DNA from: Hemiscyllium ocellatum
Taxonomy: Eukaryota
DNA: 64,000 bases
NCBI RefSeq assembly: GCF_020745735.1
Contig: NC_083409.1
Span: 11,072,978 to 11,136,977, forward strand
Reading direction: 5' to 3'
Made by a program: the position numbers and the translations under genes. Every line of letters starts with the position of its first letter. The stretch's first letter is position 1. This document shows positions 10,527 to 22,370 of the stretch, in pieces. Below the pieces are notes generated by a model. That model did no database searches and was not told where the DNA came from. It was given only the letters and a program-made list of their open reading frames with translations.

Positions 10527-11010
10527 GCGCCTGCGCAACGACAGATTGGCCAACAGAGGCGCGCCTGCGCACCACCTCAGGCCGGTAATCCCACGCCTGT
10601 GCAATGACACCACGTCCCAACATACCGCGCCTGCGCAATGACACAGCGGCAGGTAACCTTACGGCTTTCTCTCAAACGTCATTCCCCCGCTGTCACGGCC
10701 ATCACCGGAGCCAGCATCGGCGGGTTCACCACCCAAAAAAATACACGAACACATAGAATACCCTCCCCCACTGAGGTAAAAGGAGGAATTCATGCAAGGC
10801 AATGGAATCGGTCGCACTCCAATTATTATAAACATAAGTACGACTTGAATAAGCGATTTTACTTCAGTCTGTTCAACTTTTTTTTACTGAATAAGTACCA
10901 ATCGATTCATTTGCGCCATGTTGAGGCATAAGACCAGCAGGAGGTGGTCCCTGTGATCACGTGAGCAAATACCACGTGGTGGGTGGCAAGACGTCACTAG
11001 CCCCGCCTCC
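10527..11010. promoter_or_regulatory. CpG-rich promoter-like motif cluster
   Basis: GCGCCTGCGCA (NRF1-type) at 10527, 10561 and 10627; reverse CCAAT at ~10544; TCACGTGA 10957-10964; CCACGTGG 10972-10979; GACGTCA 10990-10996; CCCCGCCTCC 11001-11010. Confidence 0.45.
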
Positions 11011-12079
11011 AGCAGCGCTGATGAATGAATGAGCTCTTCCCAAGGAAGTAGTGACCAATCCAATCCAGGGTCCAATCCAGGAAGCAGCAAACGTTCACCT
11101 CCCAGCATACACACAAGTGTTCAGTCTTTCCAAAGGTCGAGTCCACCCACGAAGGAATTTTTCCTCTGGAAAGGTGCATTATCTCACAGGGGACTCATCC
11201 AACATCAGAAAACGTGAAGGCTCATGCAAAAACAAAACAAAGAAAACCAGAACGCAAGGACTAAAGTCTGCCACAAAATCAACATAATCATTTTAGATTT
11301 GGTATTCTTGCAATTCTGTCCTGATCAGAACAAAATTAAAAGTTTCAAACAGCATTTCCCTTTTCAGAAAAAGTAAATTGAGTTTGAAAGAACATCAGCC
11401 CCTGAAATGTTATCTGTATCTTTCCCCACAAATGCTGACTAAACTTGATGGGTACTTCCAGACAATCCTGTTTAGATCAGACACTTTGTGGGAGTGTTAT
11501 TGGACAAAATATAATCACCACGGGCCAGATAAGGCACTACGAACCAAGATGACTCAAAGCTTTATTGAAGGATAGGTTTTAAGGAGCAGCATGAAGGATG
11601 AAAAAGAAACAGAAAGGCAGTTTCAGAGCTTAGGGCCTCGAAACCTGAAGGGACTGTCTTCAATGGTGGAATAAATAGGTAGCACAGCTACAATAAGTGA
11701 CAGGCTGCATGAGTTGTCCATCTCCCAGCTGAGTCAGTTCACCCAATTTCTCCTCTCCTGCCTTACCCTACCTCAGGTCATGTGACATGTAAAATCCCGT
11801 AATCTGTTTTCCCCTCGCATGTTTGTGGTGTCTGGGTGCCATTTACTGCCTGTCCCTAATAGCCCTGTAGAATGGGGTACATGGAGTGCACATTGCACGG
11901 GTACACACACTGCTGTTGGAGATACATTTCCACGTCTGCTGCCCTTGGCGTTCTGGATGGTGAGGCCATGGGTTTGGAGTATGGGTGATTTATTGCAGCG
12001 TGGTCAACCTTGTGATTGAAGGAAGATCATTGATGTAGCAGTGAAGATCATAGAGACCCTTCAGTCCAACTTGTCATGC

Positions 12080-14290
12080 TGGCAGGTTATCCTAACCTAA
12101 TCTAGTCCCATTTGGCAGCACTTGCCCATGTCCCTCTAAACCCTTCCTATTCTTTTACCCATCCAGATGCCTTTTAAATGCTGTAATTGTACCAGCTTCC
12201 ACCACTTCCTCTGGCAGCTTATTTCATACATGCACCACCTTCTGCGTGAAAAAGTTGCCTCTTAAGTCCATTTTATATCTTTCCCCTCTCACCCTAAACC
12301 TGTGCCCTCTAATTCTGGACTTCCTGACCCCAGGGAAAAGACTTTGTCGATTCACCCTATTCATGCCCCTCATAATTTTGTAAACCTCTATAACGTCAGC
12401 CCTCAGCCTCTGATGCTCCACGGAAAACAGCCTCAGCCTAATCAGCCTCTCCCTGTAGCTCAAATCTTTCAACCCTGGCAACAGCCTTGCAAATCTTTTC
12501 TGAACCCTTTCAAGTTTCACAACATCCTTCTGATAGGAAGGAGACCAGAATTGTACGCAATATTCTGAAAGTGGTCTAACCAATGTCCTGTACAGCCGCA
12601 ACATGACCTCCCAACTCTCTGTACTCAATACTCTGACCAGTAAAGGAAAGTATCCCAAACACCTCCTTCACTATCCTATCTACCTGCAACTCTATTTTCA
12701 AGGAACTATGAACCTGCTCTGCAAGGCCTCTTTGTTCAGCAGCTCTCTGTAGGACCTTACCGTTAAATGTATAACTCCTGCTCTGATTTGCTTTTCCAAA
12801 ATGCAGCACCTCACATTTATCTAAATTAAACTCCATTTGCAACTCCTCAGCCCATTGGCTATCTGATCAAGATCCCATTGTACTCTGTTGTAACCTTTTT
12901 GGCTGTCCACGACGCCTCCAATTTTGGTGTCATCTGCAAACTTATTAACTATACCTCTTATGTTCACATCCAAATCATTTATATGAATTATGAAAAGTAG
13001 TGGACCCAGCACCGATCCTTGTGGCACTCCACTGGTCACAGGCCTCCAGTCTGAAATACAACCCTCCACCACCAGTGTCTGTCTTCTACCTTTGAGCCAG
13101 TTCTGTATCCAAATGTCCAGTTCTCCCTGTATTCTGTGAGATCTAACCTTGTTAACCAGTCTCCCATGAGGAACCTTGTCGAATGCCTTACTGAAGTCCA
13201 TTTGGATTACTTGCACTGTTTTGTCCTCATCAATTTTCATTGTGACTTTTTCAAAAACCACAATCAAGTTATTGAGGCATGATTTCCATGGACAAAGCCA
13301 TACAGACTATCCCTAATCAGTCCTTGCCTTTCCAAATGCATGTAAATCCTGTCCCTCAGGATTCCCTCCAATAAGTTGCCCACCACCGCAGTCAGGCTTT
13401 CTGGTCTATAGTTCCATTGCTTTTCCTTACCACTTTTCTTAAACAGGGGCATCACATTAGCCAACCTCCAGGCTTCCGGCACCTCACCTGTGACTATCGA
13501 TCATACAAATATCTTAGCAAAGGGCCCAGCAATCACTTCCTTAGCATCCCACAGAATTCTAGGGTACACCTGATCAGGTCCTTAGGATTTATTAACTTTT
13601 ATGTATTTCGAGACTTTCAGCACCTGTTCCTCTGAAATATGAACATTTTCCAAGATGTCACCATCTGTTTCCCCACATTCTTCCATTTCCTTCTCCACAG
13701 TACACTGATGCAAAGTACTCATTTTCTATCTTCCCCATCTCCTGTGGTTCTACACATAGGCTGCCTTGCTGATCTTTGAGGGGCCCTATTCTCTCCCCAG
13801 TTCCCATCATCTTGTCCTTAATGTACTTATAAAAAATCTTTGGATTTTTCTTAATCCTATTTGACAGAGCTATCTCATGTCCCCTTTTTGCACTCCTGAT
13901 TTCCCTCTTAAATATACTCTTATTGCCTTTATACTTTTCAAAGGCTTCTCTTGATCTCTGCTGTCTATACCAGACACGTGCTTCCTACATTTTCTTAACC
14001 AAAGCCTCAATTTCTCGAGTCATCCAACATTCCCTACACCTCTCAGCCTTACCTTTCACCCGAACAGGAATGAACAGTCTCTGGCTTCCCTTTTCCCAGC
14101 CGTCCCTTGACCTTTCTAGCCGAATACTGTCAAAGTTAGCCTTCCTTCAATTTAAAACTTCAATTTTTAGATCTGGTCTATCCTTTTCCATCATTATTTT
14201 AAAACTAATAGAAATATGATTGATGGCCCCAAAGTGCTCCTCCACTGAAACCTCAGTCACTTGTCCTGCCTTATTTCCCAAGTGTAGGTC
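12080..14290 (-). mobile_element. CR1 LINE (RT region and 3' end), degenerate
   Basis: [46 protein letters not shown] and RGHRFRV motifs in minus-strand ORFs 12224-13482. Confidence 0.92.
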
Positions 14291-14299
14291 ACCCTCTCT

Positions 14300-14830
14300 A
14301 TTTGGTACATCCACATACCGAATCAGAAAAGTTCCTTGTTGGTTGATCCTGACTCACTAACCTGAGGAACTCCTGCAATGATGTCCTGGGACTGAGATGT
14401 TTAAGCTCTATTCCCTTCTCCACTACTTTAGTAATCCCTTCAAAAAATTCCATCAGGCATGACCTATAATTGACAAATCTGTACTGCTTGTCTCTGATTA
14501 GCTGAACATTTTCAAGGTTCACAGTCACCTTAACCTTACTTATCCACTGTAGTAATTCTCTAGCAACAGATGTTGTGCTTACAGGTCTATAATTCCTTCG
14601 TTGTCATCTCTCACTTTTCTTAAATAGTGGAATGACATGAACAATTTTCCCATTTAAATGAATGCTACCAAATGGAGAGAACTTTGGAAGATTGTAAAGT
14701 CAGAGCATTAGAAATGTTCTGACCAGCTTCCTTCAAAATGTGATGATAGAAACCATCCATTCCTGAGGGTTTGTCATCATTTAGTAACATTATATTCTAC
14801 ATTGCTGTTGTTAATTTTGAAGAGTGCCCA
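14300..14830 (-). mobile_element. CR1 RT fragment
   Basis: LIRDKQYRFVNYRSCLMEFFEGITK motif and YRPVS-like sequence. Confidence 0.65.
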
Positions 14831-15262
14831 TCACTGATCCAATATTAATTTTCTTGGAACAGCCAGCTGGCATCTTCCTCCTCAGTAGATAATGATACAG
14901 TGTAATTCCTTATTCACTGTGCTCACCTTTCTTACTTTTCATTGGGAATATCACTATTGTCAATTTTCATTCTTTGGTCCTGACCACCTTGTATTCCATG
15001 ACATAATTGTAAATAACATTGGATAGCACTAAAGGGTTAAAAGTGAAATTAACAACACAATCATGAAGTTGTGACGGTGTAGGAGATGTCCTTTGGTCTA
15101 TCGAGTATGTACTAGCTCTCTGAATGAGTGTTATGACTCAGTGCCAATTTCCTGCCTCTTCCCAATGATCCCATATATTGTTTCTGTTTAACTAACCGTC
15201 CAATACCCCACTTGAACCTGCTTCCACCACAACTCCAGGCTGTGCATTACAGATGCTAATTG

Positions 15263-16746
15263 TTGTGGTTCTGTTCGCCGAGCTGGTAGTTTTTTGTTGC
15301 AAACGTTTCGTTCCCTTTCTAGGTGACATGCTCAGTGTCTGGGAGCCTCCTGTGATGCGCTTCTGTCATGTTTCCTTCGGCATTTCGATGTAACGGCACT
15401 GTTCACCTCTATCGACAAAACCCTAGCCAGAGAAACAATATCCAACCTGCTGGACATACAGAACAGACAACAGCACGTTGAACTGATTAACAAAGACGGC
15501 ATACTTCAACTACTGGACCTGTGCCTCACAACACACTTCACATTCAACAATCAGATATACGAACAAATCAACGGAACACACATGGGCTCACCAATCTCTG
15601 GACTCATAGCAGAAGCAGTAATGCAAAGGTTAGAACAAACAGTCTTACCGCAAATACAACCCAAACTCTGGGTCAGATAAGGGACGACACCTTTGTAATC
15701 ATTAAAAACACAGAAATAGAGAACACACACCGGATCATCAACTCCACACTCACAGGAATCCGATTCATGAGAGAGGAAGAAAAGGACAACCAGCTCCCAT
15801 TCCTAGACGTGATGGTACAGAGAACACCGAACGGAGAATTCACCACGAAGGTATACAGAAAAGCCACACACACAGACCAAATCCTGAACTATGAAAGCAA
15901 TCACCCCAACACACACAAGCGAAGTTGCATCAGGACACTATTCAAAAGGGCCACAACACACTGCAGTACACCAGAACAGCAAAAAGAGGAAGAAGAACAC
16001 CTATACATGGTATTCACCAAAAACGGATACCCACGCAATTTCATCAACAGATGCCTAAGGGAAGACAACGTCACGGGGACTTGCTACAACGCAAAGGACT
16101 GGCTACACTCCCATACATCAGGAGCATTTCCGAACTGACAGCCAGACTGCTGCGACCACTCGGACTCATAATAGCACACAAACTTACAGCCACTCTCAGA
16201 CAACAACTCACCAGGACAAAGGACCCGATACCCAGCATGAGCAAAACCAACGTAGTGAACAAAATCCCATGCAAGGACTGCACAAAACACTACATAGGAC
16301 AAACAGGAAGTCAGCTAACAACCCGCATCCACGAACACCAACTAGCCATGAAACGACACGACCAGCTATCCTTAGTAGCCACACACACAGACAACAAACA
16401 ACATGAATTCGACTGGACAACACTACTATTATAACACAAGCCAAACAGAGAACAGCCAGGGAATTCCTAGAGGCATGGCACTCATCCACTGATTCTATCA
16501 ACAAACACATCGACCTGGACCCAATATACCAGCCACTGCAGCAGACAGCAACTGACAACCGGAAGCAGCAGAGACAAGCCACTATAAATGCCGAAGGAAA
16601 CATGACAGAAGCGCTTCACAGGAGACTCCCAAGCACTGAGGATGTCACCAAGAAAGGGGACGAAACCTTTGCAACAAAAACTACCAGCTCGGCGAACAGA
16701 ACCACAACAACGAGCACCCGAGCTTCAAATCTTCTCCAAAACTTTG
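15263..16746 (+). mobile_element. Penelope-like element (RT plus GIY-YIG), 5'-truncated with an inverted pLTR
   Basis: FDVTALFTSID, MGSPISG, LPFLDV and VYRKATHT RT motifs. VVNKIPCKDC..YIGQTG GIY-YIG motif. 15263-15384 is the reverse complement of ~16577-16710. Flanked by a 12-bp direct repeat AGATGCTAATTG. Confidence 0.92.
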
Positions 16747-16898
16747 AGATGCTAATTGCTTGCTGTGTGATAAAATTTTCTTCTTGTGTTAATTTTGTTT
16801 CTTTGTGAGTAACCTTGAAGCTGTGCCCCCTCATGCTTGATCCTTTTCGGAGTGGTAACCCTTTCTCCCAAGTCATTCTGTCCAGACCTTCCATGAAT

Positions 16899-17203
16899 TT
16901 AGATTACTTACAGTGTGGAAACAGGCCCTTCTGCCCAACAAGTCCAAACCGACCCGCCGAACCCAACCCACCCAGACCCATTCCCGTACATTTACCCCTT
17001 CTATTAACACTGCGGGCAATTGAGCTTGGCCAATTCACCTAACCTGCAAATTTTGGAACTGTAGGAGGAAACTGAAGCACCTAGAGGAAACCCACGCAGA
17101 CACGGGGAGAATGTGCAAACTCCACACAGTCAGTCGCCTGAGGCGGGAATTGAACCTGGCGCTGTGAGGCAGCAGTGCTAACCAATGTGCCACTGTGCTG
17201 CCC
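16899..17203 (-). mobile_element. tRNA-derived V-SINE (HE1-like)
   Basis: Reverse complement of a GGGCAGCACAGTGGCACATTGGTTAGCACTG tRNA-like head, the V-SINE core and a (TAATC)n-type tail. Confidence 0.88.
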
Positions 17204-17499
17204 AAAGCTTTAATCAAATCTCCTCTCAGCCTTCAACTCTCCAAGGAAAACAGTCTCAACATCTTCCATCTTTCTTCCCAATTGAAGTACCTCACCCTGG
17301 AATATTCATGTAAATCACTTCTGGACTCTCTCCAATGTGTTCACATACTTTCCTGAGCATGACTCCCAGAACACAATAGTACACAACAGAATGCAGTAAC
17401 ACTCTCGACAGTACAACCCTGCAATACTGAACAGTGATCAAAAGAGCTGAACTATGCAAAGTATGCAAAACTGTACTTAACCAAAATTAGCCACACTTG

Positions 17500-18570
17500 T
17501 AGAACATAGAACATAGAACAGTACAGCGCAGAACAGGCGCTTCCGTTCTCGATGTTGTGCCGACCAGTGAACTAATCTAAGCTCATCCCCCTACACTATC
17601 CTAACATCATCCATATGCGTACACAAGAACTGTTTAAATGCCCTAATGTGGCTGAGTTAACTACATTGGCAGGTAGGGTATTCCATGCCCTTACCACTCT
17701 CTGAATAAAGAACCTGTCTCTGACATTTGTCTTACATCTATCACCCCTCAGTTTGCAGCTATGTCCACTTGTACAAGCCAACATTATCATGCTTAGAAAA
17801 AGACTCTAACTGTCCACCCTACCTAATCCTTTGACTATCTTGTAGGTCTCTGTTAAATCCTTCTTAGCTTTCTTCTCTCCACTGAGACCGGACCCAAGTC
17901 CCTCACCCTTTCCTCCTAAGACCATCTCTCCAGCCCAGGCACATCCTGGTAAATCTCCTCTACACCTTTTCCAATGCTTCCACATCCTTCCTGTAATGGG
18001 GGCGATCAGAACTGTACACAATATTCCAAGTGAGGTCACACCAGCATTTTGTACAATGGCAGCATGACATCATCATGGCTCTGGAACTCAATCCCTCTAC
18101 TAATAAAACCTGACACACCATATGCCTTCCTAACATCACTCTCAACCTGAGTGGCAACTTTCAGGGATCTATGTACGTGCACTCCAAGATTCCTCTGCAC
18201 ATCCACACTACCAATAATCTTTCCATTGACCCAGTATTCTGCTTTCCTGTTATTCTTCCCAAAGTGAATCACCTCACATTTATCTGCACTGAACTCCATT
18301 TTCCATCTCTCAGCCCAATTATCCAAGTCTCCTTGCAACCTGCAACATTCTTCCACACTATCCACTACTCCACTGACTTTAGTGTCATCTACAATCTTAC
18401 TAACCCATCAACCACTGCCTGCATCCAAGTCATTTATAAAAATGACAAACAGGTCCCAAAACACACCACTAGTAACCAAACTTCAGGCTGAATATTCTCC
18501 ATCAACCACCACTCGCTGCCTTTTTACAGAAAGCAAGTTTCTACTCCAAACTGCTGAATCACCCTCAGTC
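17500..18570 (-). mobile_element. CR1 LINE 3' portion
   Basis: (CATAGAA)n tail. MEFSADKCEVIHFG and LRGDRCKTNVR motifs. Confidence 0.85.
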
Positions 18571-18699
18571 CCATGCCTTGCCAGAAACATCGATTTTCCT
18601 GCTTCTCGGATGCTGCCTGACCTGCTGTGCTTTTCCAGCACCACTCTGATCTAAACTCTGGTTTCCAGCATCTGCACTCCTCACTTTTCTTTCATTCTT

Positions 18700-20760
18700 C
18701 ACATGTCTATAGAAAGCTTTATTCTACCTGCTAAAGACTATTCATGTCCTTTCTTTGCTCTTCTTAACTCTCTCTTTAACTCATTCCTAGCTAATCTGTA
18801 ACTCTCCATCACCTCATCTGAATCATCTCATCTCATCGTCATATAAGCCTCTTGTTCCGCTTAACAAGAGATGCAATGTCTTTAGTAAATCACGGATCCC
18901 TTACCTTATCACTTCCTCCCTGCCTGACACGGACATACCTGTCAAAGACACGCAATATCTGTTCCTAAAACCAGCTCCACATTTCGATTGTCCCCATCCC
19001 CTGCATTTTGCTACCCCATTCTATGTCTCCTAAGTCTTACCTAATCACATTATAATTGCCCTTCCCCCATCAATAACTGTTGCCCGGTGGATGTGTACCT
19101 ATCCCTTTCCATCACTAAACTAAATGGAACCAAATTATGGTCACTCTGACCAAAGTGTCTTCCTACCACTAAATCAAACAACAGGCCTGGCTCATTACCA
19201 AGAACCAGATCCAGTGTGGCCTCTCTTCATGTCGGCCCTTCGACATACCATGTCAGGAAATCCTCCTGTACACATTGGACAGAAACTAATCCAACTGATA
19301 TGTTAGAGTTCAATCATTTCCAGTCAATATTGGGGAAGTTAAAGTCCCCCATAATGACCACCCTGTCCCTTTCACTCTTACTCAGAATCGTTTTGCCGAT
19401 TCTTTCCTCCACATCCGGGAGGGCAGCACGGTGGCACAGTGGTTAGCACTGCTGCCTCACAGCGCCGGAGACCTGGGTTCAATTCCCGACTCAGGCAACT
19501 GACTGTGTGGAGTTTGCACGTTCTCCCCGTGTCTGCGTGGGTTTCCTCCGGGTGCTCCGGTTTCCTCCCACAGTCCAAAAATGTGCGGGTCAGGTGAATT
19601 GGCCATGCTAAATTGCCCGTAGTGTTAGGTAAGGGGTAAATGCAGGGGTATGGTTGGGTCGCGCTTCGGCGGGTCGGTGTGGACTTGTTGGGCTGAAGGG
19701 CCTGTTTCCACACTGTAAGTAATCTAACCTATGCATAAATGTGAGACATCCCTGAAACTGTGTGGATGCCTGTAAAGAACTCCCAGCAGTGTGCCTTCTC
19801 ATCGTGTTTCTTACCTCAGCCCATACCACCTCAGTAGATGAGTCCTTGTCAAAAATTCTTTCAGCCACCGTTATACTGTCCTTGACTAACAAGGTCACAC
19901 CTTCTTCTCTTTTACTTTTTTCCCTGTTCTTAATGAAAGATCTAAACCTTGGAACCTGCAACATCCATTCCTCACCCTGTTCTATCCATGTCTCCGAAAT
20001 GGCCACAATCTTGAAGTCCCAGGTACCTATCCATGCTACCTTATTTCAGATACATCTAGCGTCGAAGTAGGCACACTTCAAATCACTTCACTGTCTCCAG
20101 CACATTCTTGTGACCGTGAAATCCTGTCCATGCCCTCCCTTCTCTCATCCTCCTGTGTACTGGAGCGACACCTCAGGTTCCTATCCACCTGCTGTGCCAG
20201 TTAAAACCCACTAGAATAGTACCAGCAAATTTCCCATCCAAGATATTAGAACCTTTCAGGTTCAAGTGAAGACTATCCTGTTTGTAGAGGTCCTACCTTC
20301 CCCAGAATGAGCCCCATTTATTCATACACCTGAAACCCTGTCTCCTGCACCATCCCTGCAGCCACACGTTCAGCTGATCTCTCTCCCTATTCCTTGCCTT
20401 GCTATAACGTGGCACAGGTAACAAACCATAGATAACAACTCTTTTTTGCTAGCTCTCAGCTTCCACCCTGACTCCCTGAAATCATGCCTCACATTCCTAC
20501 CCCTCTTTCTACCTATGTTGTTGGATCACAACTTGAGTCTGGTCACCCTCTCCCTTCAGGACCCCAAAGACAAGATCCAAGACATCATGGACCCTGGCAT
20601 CTGGGTCCAACACACCAAACGTGAGTCTCATTCATTCCCAACAAACCTTCTATTTGACATTCGAACTATTGAGTCCCCAAAGACAAACGCTCTCCTCCTT
20701 TCTCTCCTTCCCTTCTGCGCAACAGGATCAGACTCTGTGCCCGAGACCTGCACCCCACTG
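18700..20760 (-). mobile_element. CR1 LINE 5' portion (ORF1 remnant and APE endonuclease), interrupted by a SINE
   Basis: MAISETWI...GVTLLVKD..EVVWAE endonuclease motifs in ORF 19608-20006; GDFNFP-like sequence at ~19340. Confidence 0.75.
19421..19731 (+). mobile_element. tRNA-derived V-SINE (HE1-like)
   Basis: GGGCAGCACGGTGGCACAGTGGTTAGCA (A box) and GGTTCAATTCC (B box), V-domain core, TAATCTAA tail. Confidence 0.92.
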
Positions 20761-21289
20761 AATGGTCCTGGTAAGTCATTTCCCCCCAAAGGTATCCAAC
20801 ATCATGTGAAAAATAGTATTACCCCAAGAGGGAAGGGTGGGGTGGGGATAGTGACTGCGACACCCCCAGAGAGTGGGGAAAGTAATCCTGACACATTTAA
20901 AACTGTATTATCACAAGTGAGAATTCAAACAGACACCCACTCCACCAAACGGTGTTGAAGATGCACTGTCCTCATCAAAACACGTTTGCAAATCTCTTCA
21001 TAACACATGAATGAGGGTCCATTAAAACGAGGACCATGATGTTAAACACTCCCAGCCATAAACAATCTGGTGTATTTACATCTTTGTCTTATTAAACACT
21101 GTTAAAATCTCTGCCAAGCATTTTCCTGCAGACAGTGTATTTAAAATATCAAGAGGCTTTCCACATTGTTGGTTTGATCAGTGACATAGCAAGGAAGCAG
21201 CAGCTGCCCCATGAACTCCAACAAAAGAATGAGAACAGGCTCTTCATATGGAGCTGGCTCCCGAGAATCCAATTCAACAGCAGGGATCA

Positions 21290-22370
21290 AATAATAAGGA
21301 ACAATGCAGCTAAAGAACAGGCCCTTCGGCCCTCCAAGCCTGTGCTGACACATTGTGCCCTTCCTCACTGAAACTGTCTTCACCTTTCAGGATTCTTATC
21401 CCTCTATCCCCTTCCTATTCATGCATTAGTGCAGGTATTTCTTCAATGCTTCTATTGTGTCTGCTTCCAACCCCTCCTCTGGCAGTGTGTTCCAGGTACT
21501 CAACTCCCTTTGTGTGAAATACTTGCCTCCCACATCTCTTTTAAATTCCACCCCGCAACTTGAACCCCTGCTCCTGAGTAATTGACCTCTCCACCCTGGG
21601 AAAAAGCCTCATATTTTCCATTCTACCTGTCTTATTCACAACTCTGTAATCTTGTATCAGGTCACCCCTCATTTTTCCGCATTCCAGTGAAAACAAATCC
21701 AGTCAATCCAACCTTTCTTCAGAACTACAATTCCCCCATACCAGACAATATCCTGGTGAACATTTTCTGCACCATCTTCAAAACATCCACATCCTTCTGG
21801 TAGTGTGGTGACCAGAACTGTATGCCATATTCCAAGGGTGGCTGAACTAAAGATCTATAAATCTGCAGCATAACTTGTGTATCCTTACACTCAATACACC
21901 TTCCATTGAAGGGGCATACGCCTTTTTTTGCTGCCTTACCTCCCTGTGCTGCCACATTCAGTGATCTGTGAACATACGCACCCAGATCTTTCTGCATATC
22001 AATACTCCAAAGGATTCAGCCGTTCACCATATAATTCCTGTGTATCACCTTTCAAAATGCATCATCTCACATTTGTCTGGATTAAACTACATCTGCCATT
22101 TTTCTGTCCGTGCATCCAACTGATCTATATCCCGCTGTATACTCTGACAATCCTTCTCATTATCCACAACTCTCCCAACCTTTGCATCAACCGTAAACCT
22201 ACTAATTAGACCAGCTATGCTCTCCTGCAAATCATTTAGTCGACCATGAAAGCAGAGTTCCCACCACTGTTCCCATGGAATATCATGAGTCACCACCCTC
22301 CATTCTGCAAACTCTCCGTCTACCACTCCCCTCTGTCTCCTCTGACTCAGCCAGTTCTGTGCCCAATGCT
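21290..22370 (-). mobile_element. CR1 LINE 3' portion
   Basis: RSLVQPPLEYGIQFWSPHYQKD and VRFTVDAKVG (ADDTK-derived) motifs. Confidence 0.82.

Noticed and set aside
11029-11217. C2H2 zinc-finger-like ending GLIQHQKT
   Set aside because: No Cys pair and no second His.
19421-19500. tRNA genes (also at 17130-17203, 46630, 55800 and 59609)
   Set aside because: These are tRNA-derived SINE heads that continue into the V-SINE core and tail.
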